64,000 bases of DNA from Candidatus Cloacimonadales bacterium (GTDB lineage: Bacteria > Cloacimonadota > Cloacimonadia > Cloacimonadales > JAIOQZ01), in NCBI GenBank assembly GCA_963662655.2, contig CAXXTU010000002.1:448001-512000 (forward strand). Reading direction: 5' to 3'. Position numbers and translations under genes: made by a program. Every line of letters starts with the position of its first letter. Positions within the stretch are counted from its first letter, which is position 1. This document shows positions 11,820 through 22,823 of this stretch, in pieces. The notes under the pieces are model-generated. The model worked only from the letters and a program-made list of their open reading frames with translations. It was not told the origin of the DNA and made no database searches.

Positions 11820-13019
11820 ATGTTAGAACTAACAGCAGTGTATCACCTCCACAATCTCTGTGTCGAGATTGAGAACAGACATCCGGGAAGCGATGGAAAT
11901 CATCGGGCGACGCAGTATGTCCGTGAGCAGCTCGAGAAATTCGGCTGGGAAGTGGATGCGGCCTGGCTGGATTGCCTCGACTGGCAGCACGGGGGAGCTT
12001 CTCTCGATGCCGCTGGTGAAACGATTGACCTGAAACCGTCTCCCTATTCGAGGGCGTTCGATGGGGAAGGGCTACTCGTCGTTGCCGATAGCTTCGTAAA
12101 GCTGCAAGCACTGGATATCACGGGCAAAATCCTTCTGTGCAGGGGTGAACTGACAGAAGTCCAGCTTGTTCCGCAGAACTATCCGTTCTACAACCTTGAT
12201 GAGCACCTTAGGGTTTTCAGCATCCTCAACGAAGGCAAGCCAAAGGCGATCATCTCCGCCACCGATAGCGATCCAGGAACGGCTGGCGGTATTTCGCCGT
12301 TTCCATGGATCGAGGACGGAAGTTTTAACATCCCTTCCTGCTATTGCGATGTCGCGACCGGCGAGATTCTCGCGAATTACATCGGAATAAACGTTCGTTT
12401 GAGAATCGATTCGGAGAGAATTCCTTCCCGACTCGAGCAAATCAGTGCGACAACAGGCAATCGTGACGGCAAGCGAACGATCGTCTGCGCGCACATCGAC
12501 ACCAAGCACGGGACGCCCGGAGCCTTGGACAATACAACTGGCGTGGCGATCTTGCTGCTACTTGCTGAGAGATTGAGAACCTATTCCGGGAAGAAGCGAA
12601 TTGAATTGGTTTTCTTCAACGGCGAGGACTACTACGACGCCACCGGCGAACGCTATTACATGGAAAAAAATGCGGGAACCTGGGGCAACGTGGAGATCGT
12701 TGTGAACATCGATGCCGCCGGATGCAAGGATGTGACAACCGGACTTTCGTATTGGAATATGCCTGATGAAATGCAGAACGCAGTCCATAAGCGGATGAAG
12801 AATTTCGCTGGGATCGAGGCAATGGAGCCCTGGCCGGCGAGCGATCACATGATTTTCGTTCCCCAAGGATTGCCGGCGCTGGTATTCACATCCTCAAACT
12901 TCATGTACCTCACATCGGAGATTACCCACACGATGAAGGATACAATCGAGCTGGTCGATGCCGCGCGCCTGACGGAAATCGGGGAGTTCATTCTGGCAAT
13001 GATCGAAGCTCCGAACTGA
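11820..13019 (+). CDS. M28 family peptidase with PA-like insert
   Basis: CAHIDT, GALDNTTGV, FNGED, NIDAAG, SDH and HT..D zinc-ligand motifs. Confidence 0.88.
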   Translation: MLELTAVYHLHNLCVEIENRHPGSDGNHRATQYVREQLEKFGWEVDAAWLDCLDWQHGGASLDAAGETIDLKPSPYSRAFDGEGLLVVADSFVKLQALDITGKILLCRGELTEVQLVPQNYPFYNLDEHLRVFSILNEGKPKAIISATDSDPGTAGGISPFPWIEDGSFNIPSCYCDVATGEILANYIGINVRLRIDSERIPSRLEQISATTGNRDGKRTIVCAHIDTKHGTPGALDNTTGVAILLLLAERLRTYSGKKRIELVFFNGEDYYDATGERYYMEKNAGTWGNVEIVVNIDAAGCKDVTTGLSYWNMPDEMQNAVHKRMKNFAGIEAMEPWPASDHMIFVPQGLPALVFTSSNFMYLTSEITHTMKDTIELVDAARLTEIGEFILAMIEAPN

Positions 13020-13097
13020 TTGAGGCTTAGCTACGTTGAAACTAGGGATCAATCTTTTGCTTGACAGGGATACATTGCAGAAGCTGAATTTTGCTAT

Positions 13098-13610
13098 ATG
13101 GATGGAAATCACATTGTAAAACGCACTTTCCGCAAGCAAATCGACGAATTCAGACATCATTGGAAACACTACGTCTTCCAAAGTCTAGCTGCATCGTCGT
13201 CGCTTTTCATCGTATTGCTCGTGCTGCAAACATCGCGACTGGCCAACGTCGCGGCGTTGGGCGCGTCCTCCTTCATCATCTTCGCTATGCCGAAGAATGT
13301 GGCGGCGCGTTCGAGAAATCTGATCGGCGGTCACTTCATCGGGCTGATCGTGGGCTCGGTAATGGGATTGCTCGCATCGACAATACCCGATCAAATGATT
13401 CTGCGGGTCATGGTTTATGCGCTGGCGGTGGGGATATCCATCTTCATCATGGTCGTGATCGACATGGAGCACCCGCCGGCATCTGGAACCGCGCTAGGCA
13501 TGGCGGTCGACGGATTTTCATTGAATGTTGCGATTGCGGTGTGCGTAAGTGTTTTGATCCTGGCGTTCATCCACCATTTTTTCAAGCCGCACCTGAAGGA
13601 TCTGGTATAG
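13098..13610 (+). CDS. HPP family membrane protein
   Basis: LGASSFIIF, RNLIGGH and MEHPPASGTAL motifs. Confidence 0.88.
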   Translation: MDGNHIVKRTFRKQIDEFRHHWKHYVFQSLAASSSLFIVLLVLQTSRLANVAALGASSFIIFAMPKNVAARSRNLIGGHFIGLIVGSVMGLLASTIPDQMILRVMVYALAVGISIFIMVVIDMEHPPASGTALGMAVDGFSLNVAIAVCVSVLILAFIHHFFKPHLKDLV

Positions 13611-13668
13611 TCAATTATCCTGAGTGGACCAAGTATGGTTTGTCGCTATCTTTTTGTCTGAACGATTA

Positions 13669-14259
13669 TTAGAAAGAATACCCCAGCAGCACGGTGTATG
13701 CGATGTTGGTCATTTCAAGACCGTTCCGATCGTAGAAAGGATTGAGTCCCTGCTCGTAACGCATTTCGATGGAATAACGTCCCCAACTAATGCCGTTTCC
13801 GGCGATAACGCCCACCTCGAATGGCTCCACATCTTCGAGATCGCTCTTGCTATCGCTGACTTTGTGTTTTGCCGCAAGATTGTATCCGCCATACAGGCCG
13901 CCGCCTACGTAAGGGATGATATTGCCGATCCTGAATTCGATTCTGGCTATGATTGGAAGTTGCAGGTAGGAAAGGTCATAGCGCTCGTTGGCTGAACCGT
14001 CCTGGGATGGTATCTTGCATCCGCGATTCGTGTATAGGAGCTGTGTCTGGAGTCCCCAACCGTATTCCTCGCCGCCGCCGAAACGGTAGTCGAGATAAAC
14101 GCCGGTTGCGAAATGGTAGATGTTGTTGCTGTCGTTGTCGGGTGTGCTGCTGACTTCGGCCATGAGTCCCCCCAAAAGCGCTCCTGTGCGCAGCTCGGTC
14201 GCTTGCAAAAGGACTGCCGTACACAGAAGCGCCAGGGATAAAATCAATAGCTTCTTCAT
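13669..14259 (-). CDS. Outer-membrane beta-barrel (porin/PorT-like) protein
   Basis: Signal peptide; YLQLPI motif; C-terminal LGYSF. Confidence 0.75.
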   Translation of the reverse strand: MKKLLILSLALLCTAVLLQATELRTGALLGGLMAEVSSTPDNDSNNIYHFATGVYLDYRFGGGEEYGWGLQTQLLYTNRGCKIPSQDGSANERYDLSYLQLPIIARIEFRIGNIIPYVGGGLYGGYNLAAKHKVSDSKSDLEDVEPFEVGVIAGNGISWGRYSIEMRYEQGLNPFYDRNGLEMTNIAYTVLLGYSF

Positions 14260-14888
14260 CAGGATTTCTGCATGTTGATCTGGATGTCTTTGACTTCCGC
14301 GAATTTCTCGAGATGCTCCCGGATTTCTTCGACAACATTCTCGCGATAGGGATCGAATTTCGGAATATCCAGGTCCACGATGGCGACACCGTCGTCGAAG
14401 CCGGCATATTTGACCATCTTCAGGGTGACGATGTCCTCTCCGACCTTGGGGTAGATCACCTTCTTGAGCTCTTCGAGGATGCTGTCCTTGCTGAATTTGT
14501 CTTCATCGCGAAGCTGGTTTTCCACCTCGTACTGTTTGATAGCCTTGCGGAGTGTGTCCACCGCGAGAACGGAGCAGTGCATCTTCTGCGGGGGAAGACC
14601 GTCCAGAGATTCGGCAGCTTCTTTCCAGGTGATGTGTTTCGCTTCATCGAGGGTCTTGCCCAGAGCCATATCGGTGATGATCGACGCGGTGGCGATGTTG
14701 GAAGCGCAGCCGTACGACTGGAATTTGATGTCTTCTATCTTTTTCGTTTCCTGATTGACTTTCAGATACAGGGTAACCTGATCACCGCAGGCGGGACTTC
14801 CCTCGGTCGCGATGATGTCGGCGTTCTCCATTTTACCCACGTTGTGCGGGTTCATGAAATGATCGAGTACTTTTTGCGAATACTGCAT
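14259..14888 (-). CDS. iscU: Fe-S scaffold IscU/NifU-N fused to a DUF59-like (FeS assembly P) domain
   Basis: YSQKVLDHFMNPHNVG, ACGD, YGC and KMHCS; C-terminal LKKVIYPKVGEDIVTLKMV resembles DUF59. Confidence 0.85.
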   Translation of the reverse strand: MQYSQKVLDHFMNPHNVGKMENADIIATEGSPACGDQVTLYLKVNQETKKIEDIKFQSYGCASNIATASIITDMALGKTLDEAKHITWKEAAESLDGLPPQKMHCSVLAVDTLRKAIKQYEVENQLRDEDKFSKDSILEELKKVIYPKVGEDIVTLKMVKYAGFDDGVAIVDLDIPKFDPYRENVVEEIREHLEKFAEVKDIQINMQKS

Positions 14889-14915
14889 GTTAACCTCTCG
14901 TTTCTTGCGTATTCC

Positions 14916-16079
14916 TTACGCGTTATATAACGGACTACGGCTTCGTAGTGTTGCAGCCACTTTTTCCAACGCGTCCACAGTTTTGTCAATTTCTTCTTCA
15001 GTCGTGTAGCGACTCACCGTCATCTTCATGGAGCCGTGCGATTCCTCGTGCGTACGTCCGATTCCCATAAGAATGTAGTTCGGCTTGAGTCCCTGCGAAG
15101 CGCAAGCGCTTCCCGTCTGCACCGCGATCCCTTGCATGTCCAGCATCATCATGATCGCCTCGCCTTCGATGAACAGGAAGGTCACATTGGCGTTGTGCGC
15201 GATGCGTCCCTCGCTGCGGGGACCGTTGATCATGATGTGTGGGATACGCTCTTCGATTTTGTCGATGAGCCGGTCTCGCATTCTCTTCATGTGAGCGACG
15301 TTCTCCTCCAGGTTGCCGATCGCAAGTTCCGCCGCTTTGGCGAAGCCAGCCATCGCGTAGACGGGAATCATGCCCGTTTCGTAGCGATCGATGCGCGCGA
15401 TTCCGTGCGTAACCTGCCCGAGCGCTGTACCCTTTCTGACATACATCGCTCCGATTCCCTGCGGTCCGTGAATCTTGTGGGCGGAGAAGGTCATCAGATC
15501 GACTGCCGGGTTATTGACATCGATGGGCATTTTTCCGTAGGCTTGGGCCGCATCGACCATCAGCGCAACCTTGTTCGGCGCTTGATCAAGGATGGTGCGA
15601 ATCTTGTCCAGCGGCTGAACGGTTCCCGTCACGTGGTTTGCCAGCGTGGTCATGAACATGATGGTGTCTGGGCGTATAGCTTCCCGGAGTTCATCCAGGT
15701 CCACGAACGCTTCTTCGTCGGCGGGGAGGTAGGTTACCTCGAATCCGTTCTCGTCCAGGAATGCGGCATTGGTGAGGATGTCGGGATAATCGACGATGGA
15801 GCAGATGATGTGCTTGCCGCGTTTAGCGTTCGCTACGGCATAACCCTTGATGGCGAGGTTGTTCGCCGAGGTTCCTCCGCGAGTGAAATGCACTTCGTCC
15901 GCATCCGCTTGAATCGAATCGGCAATTACCTGTTTGAATCGGGTTATATCAGCTTGAATCTCCTCGCCGTGCTGCACGAAGTTGTCGGGGAGCCAGAACT
16001 TCTCCTTGAGGTAGGGAGTCATGGCTTCGATGACTTCCGGCGCAGGCTGGGAGGTCATGCAATTCTTCAAGTATATCAT
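14916..16079 (-). CDS. iscS: Cysteine desulfurase (IscS/NifS type)
   Basis: FSAHKIHGPQGIG PLP-lysine motif and TGSACAS catalytic Cys; start at MIYLKN. Confidence 0.9.
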   Translation of the reverse strand: MIYLKNCMTSQPAPEVIEAMTPYLKEKFWLPDNFVQHGEEIQADITRFKQVIADSIQADADEVHFTRGGTSANNLAIKGYAVANAKRGKHIICSIVDYPDILTNAAFLDENGFEVTYLPADEEAFVDLDELREAIRPDTIMFMTTLANHVTGTVQPLDKIRTILDQAPNKVALMVDAAQAYGKMPIDVNNPAVDLMTFSAHKIHGPQGIGAMYVRKGTALGQVTHGIARIDRYETGMIPVYAMAGFAKAAELAIGNLEENVAHMKRMRDRLIDKIEERIPHIMINGPRSEGRIAHNANVTFLFIEGEAIMMMLDMQGIAVQTGSACASQGLKPNYILMGIGRTHEESHGSMKMTVSRYTTEEEIDKTVDALEKVAATLRSRSPLYNA

Positions 16080-16220
16080 GTTTCTTCCTTTATCGTTACG
16101 TTGCATTGAGCCAGCGCAATCACTGACTTTGATTGCAATTTTTTCATTCCTCTCAAGCAGTGCAAGAGATTTCTCAAGCACATCAAGATAATATATCCGG
16201 AATAGGGGGATGACCAGAAG

Positions 16221-16385
16221 ATTTTCCTGAAAATGGCAGGCGGCCATGGCATCTTCGCCCGATCTTCCACGAAATGTGGATATACCACAGCCTTGGAATG
16301 AAATGATGGTAATGCGGCAAGGCTGTGAAACACCACGATTTCGTGGAAGATCGAACGAATCTCCTCACGGCCTTATCGGGAGGAT
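16221..16385 (+). ncRNA. Long imperfect hairpin (putative structured RNA or miniature repeat element)
   Basis: 16254-16275 pairs with 16338-16359 (20/22), 16286-16295 with 16318-16327 (10/10), and 16221-16230 with 16376-16385 using G-U pairs. Confidence 0.4.
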
Positions 16386-16576
16386 CACAGTGCGAACATG
16401 GTGAACGAGACAGAATCAGCGTATCAATAAAGATATCCATTCGTAGTTTCGGCTTGACACCATTCAGGCTGAAAGTCCATTTTTGCAGCGTAACAAGCCA
16501 GTATGTTTCATACATCAGTGGGTTGTGTTCTCTCAGCTAATTATTATCAGGGGTGAAAATAATGGGTGAACATACC

Positions 16577-18454
16577 ATGTCACTTGAAGTGATGAAGATG
16601 CAGATCCTTGAGGTGGGTCTGCTAATCCTCGCTGCTTATATCGGCGGGAAGATTGCTCGCAAGCTGAAGATCGGCGAGGTGATCGGCCAAATCCTGGGCG
16701 GTATCCTTGTGGGGCCGCATTTTCTTGAGCTTATCCATCGTTTCTTGCAGCACCACGAGGAGCTCAGCCAGTTGGTGCTGTTCAAGCCGATCTACCATTT
16801 CTACTCCCGCGGCGGTTTCGACCAGTATTACGAAATCCTCGAGGGCTATCACTTCTTCGTGTTCCTGTTTCTGGGGATTATCGCCTTTTCCATTGGCGAA
16901 GAACTCCATCGTGACCGCCTGAAGCAGGTTGGCTTCAAGGCGACGCTGATCTGCCTTTTGCAGGGACTGCTCACGTTCGTGCTGCTCGCGGTTGGATTCA
17001 GGCTGCTGTTTCCGTCGCATTTCGACTGGATCAACGCCTGCATCATCGGTTCAATTGGTATCGCGACGGCGCCGGCACTCACTTTCGTGCTGATGAACAA
17101 GCTTCGCATCGAGGGCTCGTTGCGCAACATCCTTGCCAACATCGTCGTGCTGGATGACATCCTTGAAGTGATCTTTTTTTCCGTGTTCCTCGGCATCGCC
17201 ATGAAGCGTGGCAAGGAACTGTCCCTCTTGACGTTGAGCTGGCATGTGATCAGCGAACTGGCGCTGGCAGCGTTGATCGGCGTGGCGATCTTCGCGATCC
17301 TCAATCTGACCATCCGGCAGAAGAAACACGACGCGCCGGACCACAACCGCCACCGCGGGGAAGACCGCACATTCCTCTCGACGGTTCTCTCCGAGCACCC
17401 CACGCCATCCGTGGAAATTCTATTGATCATGATCGGCATTATCTCAGTGGGAATCGCCGTGGCTATCCACTTCGACTTGCCGTTCCTGGTTACCGCAGTC
17501 GTAGCGGGATTCCTGATTTCGAACTTCCACTCTCACGCGATCTTCGATTCGCTCAAGATTGAAAACGTGATGCCCATCTTCAACCTGCTGTTCTTCGCGA
17601 TCATCGGCGCGAGCGTACGCCTGGAAAGCTTTTCTTCCAAAACAATCCTGCTCGTTGTTACTTACCTTGTGTTGCGTACTGCCGGTAAGCTCCTGGGTAA
17701 CTGGGTTGGTGCGAAGATCACGCACCAGGATCCCAAGATAACCGCAAGCCTGCCCAAGCTGATGCTTCCCCAAGCCGGTATGGCCGCAGTGGAAACGATC
17801 CTCGTGGCTACCGTGCTGGGAAAGAAAGGGGGCGGAACGCTGATTTTCGACGTGATCATTCCGGCGCTGGTCGTATTCGAGCTGGGCGGAGCCTGGCTCT
17901 CCGAGCGAACTTTGCTTCGCTGGAAGCACTGGACCGTCGGCGAACGGGAAGCGCTCCAGACGAAGCGGCGGGAAGTTGGCGATTTCGGGCTGCACGATCT
18001 TCTGGAAAATCGAGTCTTCGACATGATGGCTACAACGCGTGAAGAAGCGATTTTCGAGCTGGCGCAAACGATGGTTCGAAGCGGAGTAATCTCCGAGACA
18101 TCCATTATAACCAACGCGCTCCTCGAACGCGAGAAGCTCGCGAGCACCGCGATCGGGAATGGGATCGCGTTCCCGCATTGCCGCATTGCATCCATCGACA
18201 GGACTGTCGCGACATGCGGCATCATCAATCATCCGGTCGAGTGGAAGGCGCCCGATGGGAAGCCCGTGGACATGCTCTTTCTCATTCTGACGCCGGAAGA
18301 ACACCCCGAGCAGCATCTTAAGGCGATCAAAACGATCGTCACAGCCATCAGGAAAGAGAATTTCAAGCAAGATATCGTCAGGTCTTTGCATCAGGACACG
18401 GTTTCAGAATGGCTTTATAAGCTCGACACCGAGGTTACAAGGGGTGCCGTGTAG
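16577..18454 (+). CDS. Cation:proton antiporter fused to a C-terminal PTS EIIA-2 domain
   Basis: TM region with ATAPA, LDD and PQAG motifs; C-terminal REKLASTAIGNGIAFPH phospho-His motif. Confidence 0.88.
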   Translation: MSLEVMKMQILEVGLLILAAYIGGKIARKLKIGEVIGQILGGILVGPHFLELIHRFLQHHEELSQLVLFKPIYHFYSRGGFDQYYEILEGYHFFVFLFLGIIAFSIGEELHRDRLKQVGFKATLICLLQGLLTFVLLAVGFRLLFPSHFDWINACIIGSIGIATAPALTFVLMNKLRIEGSLRNILANIVVLDDILEVIFFSVFLGIAMKRGKELSLLTLSWHVISELALAALIGVAIFAILNLTIRQKKHDAPDHNRHRGEDRTFLSTVLSEHPTPSVEILLIMIGIISVGIAVAIHFDLPFLVTAVVAGFLISNFHSHAIFDSLKIENVMPIFNLLFFAIIGASVRLESFSSKTILLVVTYLVLRTAGKLLGNWVGAKITHQDPKITASLPKLMLPQAGMAAVETILVATVLGKKGGGTLIFDVIIPALVVFELGGAWLSERTLLRWKHWTVGEREALQTKRREVGDFGLHDLLENRVFDMMATTREEAIFELAQTMVRSGVISETSIITNALLEREKLASTAIGNGIAFPHCRIASIDRTVATCGIINHPVEWKAPDGKPVDMLFLILTPEEHPEQHLKAIKTIVTAIRKENFKQDIVRSLHQDTVSEWLYKLDTEVTRGAV

Positions 18455-18629
18455 AAAGCAGAAATCTGAGTGGCATTGAATTATTAAAATTTTAGTAAAA
18501 TATAATATTTCTGTATGTTCTTCATATTTAGGGAACTATCTCCCGTCGTGACAAAAACGGCTAAAAAACAGCTTGTGCAATAAGCAGATACCAAGTAAAT
18601 TGTCATTAAACTGGAAAAGGTTTTCAAGA

Positions 18630-18965
18630 ATGAAATACATTCCTGCATCGAAGTTACAGCCGAACTCCCTTCTGGGAAGGGATTTGATACTACCTACGGG
18701 TAAAGTCTTACTGAAGAAAGGCGCGAAACTCGATCCCTTCTACATCGATATGATCATGAAATACGAGATCGATAGCGTTTGCATTGCATCGGAACACGAA
18801 TTGCACAACGAGGATGTCTCTTCGGAGATGCTTCAGGAGTACAAACGTATCGCTCGCGCGCACAAGAAAGAGCTTTTCAAATATGCTCTCACGGACTCCA
18901 TGATGGAAGAACTGTACGAAGCGGTGGTTGAAAACGCCGCATGGGAGCTGATACGTGAAGAGTAG
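18630..18965 (+). CDS. Hypothetical protein resembling the N-terminus of HD-GYP proteins
   Basis: LQPNSLLGRDL..PTGKVLLKKGAKL; coupled to the HDOD gene. Confidence 0.6.
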   Translation: MKYIPASKLQPNSLLGRDLILPTGKVLLKKGAKLDPFYIDMIMKYEIDSVCIASEHELHNEDVSSEMLQEYKRIARAHKKELFKYALTDSMMEELYEAVVENAAWELIREE

Positions 18966-19818
18966 AGTTGAGATAATCCAGTATCTGCGAGATCTGGTTT
19001 CGGAAGACATTGATTTCATGGAGCACACGAGCTCTCTGATGGAGTTCCTGAACCTCATCAAGAAGGAAGACCTCGAAGCCAAGGAGCTCGCGTCCTACAT
19101 CCAGCGTGACCCGGGTCTCACCATGATCGCACTGAAGATCGCCAATGCGAGCCAGTACGGGCTGATAAAGAAAGTTTCCAGTGTCAAGCATGCCGTGGCG
19201 GTTGTTGGCGTGACCGCGATGAAGAAGGCGTTTACCGTCCGATTGGTGAAGCGTGCCTTCTCGAAAGAATCGAAGGAACTCGACGATCTCTGGCAGCATT
19301 CGTTGGCCGTTGCCATTGCCGCACAACAACTCGGCGCAAAATCGAAGAAAAAGCTCAAGGACTACGACTCGCTGTTTGTGGCCGGTATCCTCCACGACGT
19401 CGGGAAGTTCGTTATCCACAAATTCCTGCCGAAGGAGTCACGCGAGATAAACCGTATGATCGAGAAGGACGAGCGGATGCGCACCTTGAATGCCGAGAAA
19501 GAGATTCTGGGGGTTACACACCAGGAAATCGGAGCGTTCTTTGCGCGGGAGTGGAACCTTCCCGTGATGATTGTCGATGCGATCCGTTACCATCATTTCC
19601 CGGATGGCTCAGGGGAAAACAAAGGCTTTGTGGGCCTGATCAAAGCGGGAGATTCTATCGCCAAGGCTCTGGAGCTCGGGCAGACTGAATCGCCGTTTGT
19701 CGATCCTGTTCCCCGCTGGATTTGGGGAGCATTCAATATAAAGGCGGAAGACTTCCGTACGATGATCCCCAATATCGAGCATCAGTACCATTCAACGGTC
19801 GCGCTGTACGGGTATTGA
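18955..19818 (+). CDS. HDOD domain protein
   Basis: DPGLT..LKIAN, LWQHSLAVA, GILHDVGK, HQEIG...WNLP and IRYHH motifs. Confidence 0.9.
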   Translation: MKSRVEIIQYLRDLVSEDIDFMEHTSSLMEFLNLIKKEDLEAKELASYIQRDPGLTMIALKIANASQYGLIKKVSSVKHAVAVVGVTAMKKAFTVRLVKRAFSKESKELDDLWQHSLAVAIAAQQLGAKSKKKLKDYDSLFVAGILHDVGKFVIHKFLPKESREINRMIEKDERMRTLNAEKEILGVTHQEIGAFFAREWNLPVMIVDAIRYHHFPDGSGENKGFVGLIKAGDSIAKALELGQTESPFVDPVPRWIWGAFNIKAEDFRTMIPNIEHQYHSTVALYGY

Positions 19819-20007
19819 TTGAGTTCAGTATACCGTGCGGTTACATTGCATGTCCCCCGGCCTATCATGAATGTGTTACCCTGAGCATACCTAACTATCT
19901 CACTTTAACCTCCCACCTTGGTATACTGAATTGTTTCTGGATGTCAGATACACCTCTTGTAATTGCAATGTGTCATGCTGAGTAACGCGAATCGTTTCTT
20001 CGAAGTA

Positions 20008-21709
20008 CTATTTCAGCTGCGTCACCTTCAGCGTGCTCAAATGCTTGTCTCCGGCGCTGAGCTGGCAGATGTAGATACCGCTTGGAAATCCTTCTGCGTT
20101 CCAGGTTACCGAATAATACTCTCTCCCTCTGCTTTCCCCCGGTAAAAACGAGTTACTGTTTGCAGTGGGATCATTGCCATCCAAGTGTGTGAATTCGCTA
20201 GTTGGAATGGAATCGATTTTCTGCCCCTTTATGTTGTATACTGCCATATTAAGGTCTATCAGAATTTTGTTTCCCATGATATGAAAAGATACATTTGGAT
20301 TGAACGGATTGGGGTAGGCTTTGACAGTGACAATGACAGGCGGAACGTGCACCGGATCAACAATACTGCTATCCTGCTCCACCAAATCCTCATGACCGCC
20401 ATAAACGAAAACATTGCCGTAATTGTTCGGGCCGGGAGGATACCCATACTCATCGCCGAATGCACCGATCGCGATATCATCGTAACCGTCGTTATCAAAG
20501 TCACCTACGGCACATCCCGAGCCGTAACCTTCTTCGTACGTTGAACTGCTGAAATCCTTTGTGCCATTCTGATCTCCGAGATAAACATAGATATAACCAC
20601 AAATCCCAGACATAAATACAAATGAATCCACCAGATCGCCTTTCCCGTCTCCATTCAAATCGCCATAGGCCGGAACAAAGATGGAATAGTACTCAATATG
20701 ACCAAACCAATCCCAGTGAAGGGTTGCTCCACCTCGCCATAAGCGGCAACCGGGAGAAGTGCTTCCATCCTCTGGAACATCATAGCCTGAAAGGACAAAA
20801 TCATCGTATCCATCACCATTCCAATCTCCCGCTGGATATAACTCATACCAGAGATTTACCGTGGAATAATAATCCAACCTGTAGTCCGGCATTGTGTCTT
20901 GGACCGTGCTTCCATAGAAGAAGCGATTGTGAAAACTGCATAGTAGGGGACTACCCGGCTGCTCAATGTGATCATTCTGGAAATAATAGCTAAAATCATC
21001 AAACCCATCACCGTTTACATCGCCCAGGCCACGGAAGCCTTTACCGTTGCGTGTATAAATCCCATCCACGAAGGTCACTTTTTCGAAGCTGCCTCCGTAC
21101 ACGATGGAGTAGGTAAGGATATTGTTACGGCACTCGGTTATGCCTGCGTCCGCGTAACCGTCACCGTTGATGTCGCCGAGAGGGTTGATTTCGCCCAGGG
21201 ATTCGCTTACTTCATATTCATAGTCAGGAATGGTATCGTTAACAGTGTTGCCGCAAAGAATTCGACAGCAATAATAAGAAACAGAAGGGCGTCCATCATA
21301 GAATATTTTATCAAGGAAGAAATAGCCAATTTCATCACATCCATCGTCATTCATGTCGCCTAGGTTTTTTAATTCTCATCCATGAATATTGCCAATCAAG
21401 GGAGGTATCCACAACAGTAGATATTTGCATGCTTGGTTCATCGGGTAACCCATTTTCAGATCCATAGTAAATATATAACTTGCCATGTTGTTCCGGATAT
21501 TCGACATCGTTAGAATGTCTCCAGGCGCTAACCGCCAGATCATCTATTTCATCGCCGTTGAAATCCAGAGCTGTAACATAGTATCCGAAATAGTCGCCGG
21601 ATTGCTCCCCCTGCATCTGCCACACCACATCGAGGTGGTTAACGGCGGATAGCAGTGCGCAGGCGGTGAGGAGAATAGCGGCAAAGATAATCCTCATGGG
21701 GCTCGTCAT
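20008..21709 (-). pseudogene. FG-GAP repeat secreted protein with C-terminal Ig-like sorting domain, split by a 1-nt frameshift
   Basis: ORFs 21347-21709 (signal peptide) and 20008-21354 join as ..IKNLGDMNDDGCD.. if one A is removed from the A6 run at 21365-21370; GDxNGDGxxD repeats; YPNPFNP tail. Confidence 0.8.
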
Positions 21710-21733
21710 GAATTTCCAGCAAGCGAAGCCGCG

Positions 21734-22822
21734 CTACGTTCTAACGAGCGCTTGCTTCGGGCAGATTGTGGTGCAATACCCGCAGTGAATGCAGTTATCG
21801 GTGTACTCGGGATAGCCGTTTGCCCCGCCCATGATGCCGCCGTGAATGCAGCCCTTGACGCATTTCCAGCAGCGGATGCATTGCGCCTGCACCAGCTTGA
21901 AGGGGATCGGTCTCAGGTTTTCGGCATGCGTTTCCCTGCGGAACAATCCGACAATCTGATTCACATCGTCGAAACCGTTCTGGTCGAGCCATTCGCTCAT
22001 CTCGTCCGCGATTTTCTTGTAAATCCCGTTTCCGTATTCGATTGCGGCGCTGCAAACTTGCACTGCGCAGGCTCCGGCCATCATCATCTTGATTGCGTCG
22101 ACGCCCTTGTAGATTCCGCCCACACCCAGAACAGGCTTCTTCGTGAGCGCGGAGAGCTCGTAAACGATGCGCAACGCAAGCGGGAAGATTGCTTTCCCCG
22201 AGACCCAGCCATAGCCGCTCTCGCTACCGAGGAAAGGCGTGCGACTGGCCGGATCGAAATCCAGCCCTGGCCCGAGGCTGTTGACCGCCACGTAGCCGTC
22301 AACGATGGGATCGAGCGCTTTCACGAGTCCCGGAATATCGGGGAAGCCGGGAGAGATTTTCGCCATAATCGGTTTACTCACAGCCTTCTTGAGCGCTTTG
22401 GCCGATTCGATCACCGGCGTGTAGTCCTTGCCCAAATAGTGGATGGAAAACTCGAACGCGTCCACGAAACCGGTCGCCTCGACGCGTGGCCCGAGCTCCG
22501 CCAGTTCCTCCGCAGAGTAACCGAGTCCTGCGATCTGCATCAGGCCGCTCTCCTTGGCGATTTCATATTCCTTCTCGATGTACTGCTCCACCGGCAGCTC
22601 AGACCACAGTTCGGCGTTCATGAGGGTGTCCTTGCCCACGGAAGCGATGTTCGGGTAGGGGACAGGCGCGGGTTTGACGGAGACGGTCTTCATCACCAGC
22701 GCGCCAACGCCTTTGTCCGCGGCGTCCTTCAGGAGCGCTCCGGTACGGCAGTTTGGACCGGCAGCCGGCATAACGGGGTTGCGGAGTTCATGACCGAACA
22801 GATTGATCTTGAGATTTGCCAT
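21734..22822 (-). CDS. Dihydroorotate/dihydropyrimidine dehydrogenase (PreA-like) with C-terminal 2x[4Fe-4S] domain
   Basis: NPVMPAAGP, KT, GWVSGKAI, GVGGI and two CxxCxxCxxxC motifs. Confidence 0.85.
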   Translation of the reverse strand: MANLKINLFGHELRNPVMPAAGPNCRTGALLKDAADKGVGALVMKTVSVKPAPVPYPNIASVGKDTLMNAELWSELPVEQYIEKEYEIAKESGLMQIAGLGYSAEELAELGPRVEATGFVDAFEFSIHYLGKDYTPVIESAKALKKAVSKPIMAKISPGFPDIPGLVKALDPIVDGYVAVNSLGPGLDFDPASRTPFLGSESGYGWVSGKAIFPLALRIVYELSALTKKPVLGVGGIYKGVDAIKMMMAGACAVQVCSAAIEYGNGIYKKIADEMSEWLDQNGFDDVNQIVGLFRRETHAENLRPIPFKLVQAQCIRCWKCVKGCIHGGIMGGANGYPEYTDNCIHCGYCTTICPKQALVRT

Positions 22823-22823
22823 A

